In this document: piece by piece, positions 8,985 through 15,553 of the stretch
Numbering within the stretch: the first letter of the stretch is position 1
How the letters are laid out: the number at the start of each line of letters is the position of its first letter
NCBI GenBank assembly: GCA_019358935.1
Contig: JAHHIK010000155.1
Coordinates: forward strand, 1-15,553
Direction of reading: 5' to 3'
Source: Tolypothrix carrinoi HA7290-LM1
GTDB taxonomy: Bacteria; Cyanobacteriota; Cyanobacteriia; Cyanobacteriales; Nostocaceae
Length of the DNA: 15,553 nucleotides
Program-made: the position numbers and the translations under genes
The notes under the pieces: model-generated
Told to the model about the DNA's origin: nothing
Database searches by the model: none
Seen by the model: only the letters and a program-made list of their open reading frames with translations

Positions 8985-9389
8985 CTATTCTTTTTGAGTA
9001 GCGATCGCTAACCGAGCTCCCTTCACCTGACGCACTTTATCCATTACCGCTACAACCTTCCCGTGTCCTACGCCTTCATCGGCATTAATTACTACTACTG
9101 CCTCCGGGTTTGCACCAACTAAACTACGCACTTGTTCAGTTAGCACATCAATCGTTGTCGGCTTTTTGTTCAAGCTCACCTGTGCTTGCGAATCTATCGT
9201 AACAGTGATTCTTGTGGGAATTTGGGATTGTTGAGAAGTTGAAGCCCTTGGTAAATTTACAGGTAAACCTTCCTGCCGAGTTAGAAACAGCGTTGACATG
9301 ATAAAAAACGTCAGAATCGCAAATATCACATCAATCATCGGCACAATATTTATTTGCGGTGGAATATCAGGTTCATCTGGTAGTCGCAT
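8985..9389 (-). CDS. exbD: ExbD/TolR biopolymer transport protein
   Basis: INIVPMIDVIFAILTFF transmembrane helix with the conserved Asp, LPVNLP, INAD...VVAVMD; overlaps the exbB stop. Confidence 0.93.
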   Translation of the reverse strand: MRLPDEPDIPPQINIVPMIDVIFAILTFFIMSTLFLTRQEGLPVNLPRASTSQQSQIPTRITVTIDSQAQVSLNKKPTTIDVLTEQVRSLVGANPEAVVVINADEGVGHGKVVAVMDKVRQVKGARLAIATQKE

Positions 9390-10026
9390 ATGATTTCTCT
9401 CCTCGTTCGTAACGACGACGATAAAGTAGTTCTAACTGTCCACCATATTCTTGCATAAAGGCAATTTGACGTTGATAAAGTCCTCGAAATGTATTCGCAA
9501 ACATCAACGTAAAAATAGCCACAACCAATCCTGATGCAGTAGATACGAGCGCTTCACTGATACCTGCTGTAACGCTTCCAGTTTTACTACCGCCAACATC
9601 GCCAATATTCAACGAAGCGAAGGAAGTTATCAAACCTAATACTGTACCAAGCAATCCCAACAAAGGAGCAAGGGAGATGATTGTCTCAAAGATATTATTA
9701 AACCGTTTGAGTACAGGTATCTCTGCTTGAGCCTCACTTTCCAAAGCCAAACGAAACTCGTCTGGAGTAGGTTGTTCCAATTCCAAAGCCGAGAGAAACA
9801 TTCTCCCGATAGGTAAATCTGCATTCTTTCGCAGCTTATCTAGCGCACCCACCACATTATCCAAGCGATATAAATTCAAAACTTCCCGTACCACCCGACT
9901 CTGACGTTGATTGATACGATACCAAAAACGAATCCGTTCGATAATTAAGGCGATCGCAGCCACACTAAAAGCCAGTAGGGGGAACATCACCACGCCCCCA
10001 GCCACAAACAACTCAACTATTCCCAT
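9373..10026 (-). CDS. exbB: ExbB (MotA/TolQ/ExbB proton channel family)
   Basis: GGVVMFPL, APLLGLLGTVLGLI and GISEALVSTASGL motifs; adjacent to exbD and divergent from tonB. Confidence 0.93.
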   Translation of the reverse strand: MGIVELFVAGGVVMFPLLAFSVAAIALIIERIRFWYRINQRQSRVVREVLNLYRLDNVVGALDKLRKNADLPIGRMFLSALELEQPTPDEFRLALESEAQAEIPVLKRFNNIFETIISLAPLLGLLGTVLGLITSFASLNIGDVGGSKTGSVTAGISEALVSTASGLVVAIFTLMFANTFRGLYQRQIAFMQEYGGQLELLYRRRYERGEKSYATTR

Positions 10027-10085
10027 ATTTTGCCTCTAACCAGTATGAATTTACCAAAAACAATCGATAACTACAAAATCATAGT

Positions 10086-10104
10086 ATTGAAACTAGTTTT
10101 CAAC
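10086..10104. promoter_or_regulatory. Putative Fur box upstream of exbB
   Basis: ATTGAAACTAGTTTTCAAC is an AT-rich near-palindrome fitting a 7-1-7 arrangement (TGAAACT-A-GTTTTCA), about 60 bp upstream of exbB in an iron-uptake context. Confidence 0.5.
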
Positions 10105-10320
10105 AAACAGTAGAATGAAATCAGTCCTCATGTCAATCCTATTTTAAAGCTTGATGAGATAAATTTTTATTATTGATGATGAGTTTAGCTATACCAAAAG
10201 TGAATGAAGATTGATACATACATGTGTTATGGCGAAATCACCTCTGACACAAATAGTGAATAAAAGATTTATCTAATTAGTTTACTTTTGCACTCAAAAG
10301 TTTTACTGTAGAAAAGCAAT

Positions 10321-10340
10321 AGTGAAAATAAGTAGCAATA
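10321..10340. promoter_or_regulatory. Possible second, degenerate Fur box just before the tonB start
   Basis: AGTGAAAATAAGTAGCAATA (TGAAAAT-A-AGTAGCA), overlapped by the direct repeat AGCAATAGT at 10315 and 10334. Confidence 0.3.
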
Positions 10341-10344
10341 GTTT

Positions 10345-12132
10345 ATGAGCTTCTCCAGTATTGCGATAGAGCAGCGAGAGAAAGAATTCAAAGCGCTAAA
10401 AACTTTCTTGGTTTATAGCACGGTCGGCTCGTTGGTGCTGCATATCGCGGTACTGGCATCTGGTATTGGTAATTTTTTGGCGCGAGCACCAGAACTGGAT
10501 GAGAAACCGATTGAATTGACTTTTGTTGAGCCGGAAGTCGAGGAAACACTAATAAAGGAAGAAAAAAAGCCCTCACCTGAAGATAATAAATTGGGTGGTG
10601 GAAAGATTTTGACATCATCAGGTGGTGGTGGTTCAGCTGGTGGTTCAGCTGGTGGTGGTTCATCTACACAGTCATCTCCTCAAATTCAAGCACAAACTCC
10701 CGTAATCGTTCAGGCTTTACCACAAGCACCCGTGCCAGTGCCCAAGCCTATTGAGAAGCCAATCGTACCCCAAACATTTACTGCTGTACAGAAGCAAGTT
10801 GAGACAAAGCAACGCGATGTCACACCATTACAACCGCAGAAGGAAGATCCAGTAGTTTCCAAGGAACCGCAAAAGCCAGTAAATAACATACCAAAAGAAA
10901 CAACTTCAGTTCAAAAGCCTCTTGAAAGAACTCAGCCCCAAGAATCACAAAGTTCTACGCAAGTCGCAACTAACAACACTCCCCTACAATCATCGACTAG
11001 CACCCAAGAAAGTAGTCAGAACTTGACAAACACGCTAGGTAACATTAGAGATTTAAGAGCTACTCAACCAGCTTTTGGTAATGGTTCTTCTAATAGTACC
11101 TCCAGTACTGGTAATTCCACCATCGCTTCAGGTTTTGGAACTGGTAACGGTACTGGCAGCGGTACTGGTACTGGTACAGGAAATGGTTATGGTACTGGTA
11201 CTGGCAGCGGTACTGGTACAGGAAATGGCAATGGTTATGGTACTGGTACTGGCAGCGGTACTGGTACAGGAAATGGCAATGGTACGGGAAGCGGCACAGG
11301 GAAAATAGCTGCCGCACCAACAAAACCAAAGATACCCAACGGTCGTTCTGGAGATGGTCGAGCCGCCTGTATTCGCTGTGAAAACCCTAAATACCCAGAA
11401 AGTGCCAGAAGGCGAAAAGTAGAAGGACGAGTAGAAGTAGCTGTAGATACAGATAAAGATGGTAATGTTACTAACGTGCGGTTGACTCGTTCGAGTGGCG
11501 ATCGCGAGTTGGATGAAGAAACACAAAGAAAAGCGCGGGAATGGAAACTAAAACCTGCCGAACAAGGAAGGCAAGGAGTTAAGATCGCCACAGAATTCTC
11601 GATGAAAGGTTCTCGCCGTAACCGTGAAGTGCAGCAAAAGCAGCAACAACAAGCAGAACGAGAAAGACAGCGGCAACCAGCAGTTTCTTCAAATAACAAT
11701 AATTCTGGGGATGAAACACCAGGACGCAGAAGACGAAATCTAGAACCATCAGGGGAAAGTGCATCTTCTAATCAAGAATCGAGAAGTCGTAGCTTAAATC
11801 AGGGTTTACCGCAACCTAGAGAAGTGAGTCCACCCAAAAACGAAAGTGAAACACCAACACAAGTAAGAAATTCTGAAGAAAGTTCTATTAATAATCGCTT
11901 GGGTGGTGGCGTAGAAAATAATTCTGGGTCAGCACCAATACCCCCCACACCTAGGGAAGTTACTGGTGATGTCAGAACATCAGGAGAACAGCAAGCACCG
12001 ACTAAAAGAAAAAAACGGGAGTTGAATCAATCAAATCAGTCTTCAGATAGTGCTAGTGAGTTGCGTGGTGTACTCCGTCGCAGTCGGGAATCTGTACCTG
12101 CTGCACCTAGTAGTGGTGCAGAGGGAGAATAA
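10345..12132 (+). CDS. tonB: TonB family energy transducer with Gly-rich linker and long C-terminal extension
   Basis: N-terminal TM helix with S-x3-H (SLVLH), Pro/Lys/Gln-rich linker, and TonB_C domain (PKYPESARRRKVEGRVEV...GNVTNVRLTRSSG..LDE...WKLKP). Confidence 0.88.
   Translation: MSFSSIAIEQREKEFKALKTFLVYSTVGSLVLHIAVLASGIGNFLARAPELDEKPIELTFVEPEVEETLIKEEKKPSPEDNKLGGGKILTSSGGGGSAGGSAGGGSSTQSSPQIQAQTPVIVQALPQAPVPVPKPIEKPIVPQTFTAVQKQVETKQRDVTPLQPQKEDPVVSKEPQKPVNNIPKETTSVQKPLERTQPQESQSSTQVATNNTPLQSSTSTQESSQNLTNTLGNIRDLRATQPAFGNGSSNSTSSTGNSTIASGFGTGNGTGSGTGTGTGNGYGTGTGSGTGTGNGNGYGTGTGSGTGTGNGNGTGSGTGKIAAAPTKPKIPNGRSGDGRAACIRCENPKYPESARRRKVEGRVEVAVDTDKDGNVTNVRLTRSSGDRELDEETQRKAREWKLKPAEQGRQGVKIATEFSMKGSRRNREVQQKQQQQAERERQRQPAVSSNNNNSGDETPGRRRRNLEPSGESASSNQESRSRSLNQGLPQPREVSPPKNESETPTQVRNSEESSINNRLGGGVENNSGSAPIPPTPREVTGDVRTSGEQQAPTKRKKRELNQSNQSSDSASELRGVLRRSRESVPAAPSSGAEGE
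11182..11283 (+). repeat. 48-bp tandem duplication within the Gly-Thr-Asn low-complexity tract of tonB
   Basis: AATGGTTATGGTACTGGTACTGGCAGCGGTACTGGTACAGGAAATGGC at 11182 and 11230, within a wider GGTACT-rich tract (~11131-11300). Confidence 0.85.
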
Positions 12133-12134
12133 TT

Positions 12135-12320
12135 GGCGTTGCTGAATGAAAGTATGAATTCAAGCGATCGCTATTTCTATCGCCAGCGAATGAGTGTCCA
12201 TTTAATAATCTACAAAACTTGTAGGGTGTCGTACTCTCGCAGCTAACACATCAAAAGCTTGGGATGGTGCGTTACGAACTGCATCTATACGCACCCTACG
12301 AAATTTCTGCATACTTTCAT
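12135..12320. repeat. Degenerate MITE-like element containing a GTAG-type REP doublet
   Basis: Outer inverted repeat ATGAAAGTATG (12146-12156) / CATACTTTCAT (12310-12320), preceded by GGCGTTGCTGA. Inner GTAGGGTG (12221-12228) / CACCCTAC (12292-12299), with hairpin GGTGCGT...ACGCACC (12266-12295). Confidence 0.6.
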
Positions 12321-12329
12321 GCTAACTTT

Positions 12330-14261
12330 TCAAAAGCCTCTAGGAGAACCTTCACCACGGGGATCGGCTGCTCCTTCTAAAGTTCCATCTTGTGTGACAA
12401 CGATCGCGTTAGCATTACCCCAAGGCGTAATTTCCTTAATATTTTGTTTGCGACGGCGTAAATCTTGCACAGTCACAGCATCCAAACCCCAAGGTTCGGT
12501 TCGCAACTCATCGGGAAGCCATTGATGATGTATGCGTGAAACAGAAACAGCTGCACCTGCATCCATGTTGTATTCCAAGACGTTGAGGATAACTTGCAGC
12601 ACTTGGGTAATGATGGTACCACCTCCCGGCGCACCCACCGCCATGCGGAGGCGATTATTTTCGGTGATAATTGTCGGAGTCATGCTGGATAAAGGAGTTT
12701 TGCGGGGTGCGATCGCATTCGCTTCATTACCCACCAAACCAAAAGCATTCGGTACTCCCGGTGCAGCTGCAAAATCATCCATCTCATCATTCAGCAAAAT
12801 ACCAGTTCCCGATGCCACCACCCCAGAACCAAAGCCATAGTTTACCGTAAAAGTCAAGCTAATCGCGTTACGCTGTTCATCTACAACGTTAATGTGGGTA
12901 GTTTCTGGTGATTCGTAGGGAAGATGAGGGGATGAGGGGGATGAGGGGGATGAGGGGGATGAGGGGGATGAGGGGGATGAGGGGGACAAGGAAGACAAGG
13001 GGGATGAGGGGGATGAGGGGGACAAGGGGGACAGGGGGGACAGGGGGGACAAGAAAAAATTTCTCCCTTGTCTCCCCCCTCGTCCTTGTCTCCCCCATCT
13101 CCCCCCTCTCCCCCTCTCCCCCTCCCCCCCTCTCCCCATCTCCCCTGGCTTGACTTCAGTTGAGGGTTTGGCGCGATCCATTGTGATTTGCGCCCGTCGA
13201 ATTTTGGCGTATGCTGGGCTGATAAGTTGTTCTACAGGCACTTTGACAAAATCGGGATCGCCTAAATATACAGAGCGATCGGCGTAAGCAATTTTCATTG
13301 CTTCTGTCATTAAATGTAAAGCGTCTGGATGATGCCATCCCAAAGATTTTAAATCAGTGTCACCGATAATGTTTAAAATTTGTAATAGGTGAACACCTCC
13401 CGATGAAGGTGGTGGCATTGAGCAAATTTTAGAAGAGCGGAAGTTACCACAAATAGGAGTGCGCCAAATTGGTTTATAAGATTTTAGGTCTTCAAGAGTA
13501 ATTAAACCATTGTTTTTTGCCATGTCGGAGGCGATCGCCCGCGCAATATTTCCGGTATAAAAATCTTGGGGATTCTTGGCAATTGCTGATAAAGTTTTTG
13601 CCAAGTCGCGCTGTATTAACCTTTCCCCTGGTTGATAAAATTCGCCGTTGCGAGTGAAAATTGCTCGTGCTGCTGGATTAGCGAGAATTGCTTGTTTGCG
13701 TTGCTCGTAAACTTGCAGAGAACGCCAAGTAGGTTGTTGACTGAGGATGAAGCCGTTGTTCGCTAGAGCGATCGCTGGTTTGACAACTTCTTGCCAAGGT
13801 AGTTTACCATAACGACGATGTAATTCATACAATCCCGCCACCGTTCCTGGTGTCGCTACTGCCAAATGACCGTTAATACTGACATTCGGACGCACCTTCC
13901 CTTGAGCATCTAAGTACATATTTCTGGTAGCTTTTAGCGGTGCGCGTTCGCGAAAATCGAGCGCTTTCATCTCCCCAGTTTGCGATGAATGCATTAGCAA
14001 AAATCCGCCACCACCAATTCCTGCCGAAAAAGGTTCTACTACAGAAATAGCAAAAGTTGTGGCGACTGCGGCATCAACTGCATTACCTTTTTTGCGTAAC
14101 ATTTCTAACCCGGCTTCACTTCCTAAGGGATTAGCCGAAACCACCATCGCCTTTTTGGTGCGTACAGGTAATGTTACGGTGGCTGATACTACTTGACTGT
14201 TAAATATAACACTAATATAAAAGATTGCAGAGGCAAATTGTTTGTATTTGTTGATACGCAT
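12330..14261 (-). CDS. ggt: Gamma-glutamyltransferase (GGT) with an in-frame low-complexity repeat tract
   Basis: Signal peptide from ATG 14261, GNAVDAAVA, GIGGGGF, DFRERAP, PPPSSGG, AYADR..YLGDPDF, nucleophile Thr in E|TTH (codon 12902-12900), NDEMDDF, PLSSMTP, GAPGG and ADPR. Confidence 0.95.
   Translation of the reverse strand: MRINKYKQFASAIFYISVIFNSQVVSATVTLPVRTKKAMVVSANPLGSEAGLEMLRKKGNAVDAAVATTFAISVVEPFSAGIGGGGFLLMHSSQTGEMKALDFRERAPLKATRNMYLDAQGKVRPNVSINGHLAVATPGTVAGLYELHRRYGKLPWQEVVKPAIALANNGFILSQQPTWRSLQVYEQRKQAILANPAARAIFTRNGEFYQPGERLIQRDLAKTLSAIAKNPQDFYTGNIARAIASDMAKNNGLITLEDLKSYKPIWRTPICGNFRSSKICSMPPPSSGGVHLLQILNIIGDTDLKSLGWHHPDALHLMTEAMKIAYADRSVYLGDPDFVKVPVEQLISPAYAKIRRAQITMDRAKPSTEVKPGEMGRGGEGERGRGGRWGRQGRGGRQGRNFFLSPLSPLSPLSPSSPSSPLSSLSPSSPSSPSSPSSPSSPSSPHLPYESPETTHINVVDEQRNAISLTFTVNYGFGSGVVASGTGILLNDEMDDFAAAPGVPNAFGLVGNEANAIAPRKTPLSSMTPTIITENNRLRMAVGAPGGGTIITQVLQVILNVLEYNMDAGAAVSVSRIHHQWLPDELRTEPWGLDAVTVQDLRRRKQNIKEITPWGNANAIVVTQDGTLEGAADPRGEGSPRGF
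12918..13145. repeat. Bipartite short tandem repeat array inside ggt (G-rich 9-mers facing C-rich 8/9-mers)
   Basis: Thirteen 9-mers at 12932-13048 (six perfect ATGAGGGGG, then ACAAGGAAG/ACAAGGGGG/ATGAGGGGG/ACAGGGGGG), an A/T spacer at 13049-13062, then TCTCCCC(C)-type repeats to 13145. Confidence 0.92.
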
Positions 14262-14323
14262 TTGTATGTTATTTTTTGGATATTTATTAACAATGCATTT
14301 TATAACAGGAATGAGCGCAGAAT

Positions 14324-14489
14324 TATAGGAAAACGAACCGCCCTTCTCCCAAAGGGAGACGCTGCGCGAACGGGTTCGCCAGTCCCCCATCGATCAAGGA
14401 AACCGCGCCCGTCGGGGGCTGGACTCACCAAGTACGCCAAGTACGCCAAGCAATAAGAGGAGCAAAAGAGTTTTTGCGTAAGTCCTATA
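14324..14489. repeat. Mosaic of nested small dispersed repeats / MITE remnant
   Basis: Outer TATAGGA / TCCTATA, with right end TGCGTAAGTCCTA. Hairpins TCTCCC-AAA-GGGAGA (14345-14359) and GCGAAC-GG-GTTCGC (14366-14379), and tandem CCAAGTACG x2.5 (14428-14450). Confidence 0.65.
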
Positions 14490-14518
14490 TAACTTAAATT
14501 GCTATCAGGTGCGATCGC

Positions 14519-15430
14519 TTAACTCTGCAACATAATCGGCAAGGTGAGAGTGAACGCTGTTTGACCGTTTGATGTTGAGTCAAGGGTGAGGTCGCCATGA
14601 TGTGCGCGGGCAATTTCACGGGCTAGGCTGAGTCCCAATCCGATGCCTTCTACTTTACGGGTTCGCGCAGGATCGCCGCGATGAAAGCGGTCAAAAATGC
14701 GCTCTTTGTCGCTCACTGCTATGTCTTTTGATGCATTGACAATCGTGACGTAAAGAGTATTCTGACTTTGCCGTGCGTGAATCTGTATCCAGCCGTTGGC
14801 GAGATTGTATTTAATGGCATTACTGAACAGGTTTTGCAGAACTTGAATCAGAAGATCGCGATCGCCCTGTACTCTGAGTTTATCGGTAATGTCGGTTTGC
14901 ACAGCTAAGTGGGGAGCCAGCAGTTCTACATCCTCTACCATCTCGATTAGCAACTCAGACATATCCACTTCAATTAGATACAAACTCATTTGTCCGGCAT
15001 CTGCCAAAGACAGCAGCAAGAGTTTCCGCATAATACCACTCAGGCGGCGCACCTCATCCAACAAATTGCTTAAGCGCTGTTGCACTTGGGAACCTGGGTC
15101 AACCTGTTGCAGCGTTCGTTCCAGTTCGCCTTGCAGAATGGTTAGTGGGGTTTTCAGTTCGTGAGCGGCATCAGCACTGAAGCGAGAAGCTTGTGTAAAA
15201 CTGCGTTCCAAGCGTTCGAGCATTTGGTTAAACACTTGAATCAGTTCGACAAATTCAACATCCGTTGTCCCAATCGGAATCCGTTGATCTAATCCTTTAA
15301 CAGTCACCTGTTGAATGACACCTGTTAATTGCCGAATCGGACGCAAAGCACTACCAGAAATCAACCATGCGCCGACCGCAAGCAGCAGCAGCGTTCCCGG
15401 AATTGATACAATAAAGATATTGCGAATAGT
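14519..15430 (-). pseudogene. 5'-truncated two-component sensor histidine kinase (TM2-HAMP-HisKA-HATPase; CusS/CzcS-like architecture)
   Basis: The frame stays open upstream of the ORF-track start (TIRNIFIVSIPGTLLLLAVGAWL = TM2) up to the element junction. H-box FSADAAHELKTPL, N-box NLFSNAIKY, IFDRFHRGD and GIGLGLS are present. The N-terminal sensor domain is missing. Confidence 0.85.
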
Positions 15431-15431
15431 A

Positions 15432-15553
15432 ACCCAAGTTGCGGGTTATCGATTGATACGGCTTGTGATCACTCAATTCATGCGATCGCGTACAACAAAG
15501 TGGCGTTGGTGCGTAGCGCCAACGTGCCGATGCCGTTGTTACCAGTATTCAGG
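15432..15553. mobile_element. Terminus of the same IS/MITE (right copy, inverted), truncated by the window edge
   Basis: ACCCAAGTTGCGGG...CAGTATTCAG is the reverse complement of 1..121, preceded by TA at 15430-15431. Confidence 0.75.

Larger units (their letters stand above)
64..15489. repeat. HIP1 octamer GCGATCGC dispersed through the window
   Basis: About 22 copies counted by eye (e.g. 64, 1940, 2100, 3514, 3912, 4479, 4949, 5112, 6638, 6820, 7901, 8291, 9001, 9950, 11498, 12164, 12709, 13531, 13768, 14511, 14858, 15482); fewer than one is expected by chance. Confidence 0.9.

Noticed and set aside
12918..13145. CRISPR array or intein within ggt
   Set aside because: The repeats are contiguous with no unique spacers and there are no cas genes; no intein Cys/Ser start or His-Asn end motifs.
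12908..13153. ORFs on other frames across the repeat (MRGMRG..., PLIPLIP...)
   Set aside because: By-products of a stop-free 9-mer repeat; the GGT frame explains the region.
6778..14261. Functional link between the two Ntn hydrolases (acylase and GGT)
   Set aside because: They are in different transcription units separated by tonB and repeats; ggt is a common housekeeping gene, so proximity alone is not evidence.
14262..14390. N-terminal extension of ggt from the ORF track (start 14390)
   Set aside because: It runs through repeat-element DNA; ATG 14261 gives a typical signal peptide.
527..15164. Numerous short antisense or overlapping ORFs (e.g. 527-1024, 3167-3508, 11235-11699, 12532-12840, 14889-15164)
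   Set aside because: Shadows of well-supported genes, with no recognisable motifs.
1..15553. Linear plasmid or phage with terminal inverted repeats
   Set aside because: No replication, terminal-protein, protelomerase or phage genes. Both repeats interrupt ordinary chromosomal genes mid-frame, which fits insertion elements at contig breaks.

Overview
Chromosomal-type DNA from a cyanobacterium, probably filamentous/Nostocales-like: about 22 HIP1 octamers (GCGATCGC) counted by eye, plus Nostoc-type small dispersed repeats. Both ends of the window carry the same ~121-bp IS/MITE-like terminus in perfect inverted orientation (1..123 = reverse complement of 15430..15552). Each copy cuts off the 5' part of a gene at a TA: a filamentous-haemagglutinin-like exoprotein on the left and a HAMP histidine kinase on the right. 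Between them lie a TpsA-like / TpsB (ShlB/FhaC) / TPR-CHAT protease operon, a stand-alone type II thioesterase, a PvdQ/penicillin-acylase-family Ntn hydrolase downstream of exbB-exbD, a divergent Gly-rich TonB with Fur-box-like sites, and a gamma-glutamyltransferase. Most notable: (i) the inverted terminal elements; (ii) a possible siderophore-tailoring/uptake module with no NRPS in the window; (iii) a 76-codon in-frame repeat tract next to the GGT autocleavage site; (iv) a 24-nt HIP1-associated in-frame insertion in the CHAT gene; (v) several nested MITE/REP-like mosaics.
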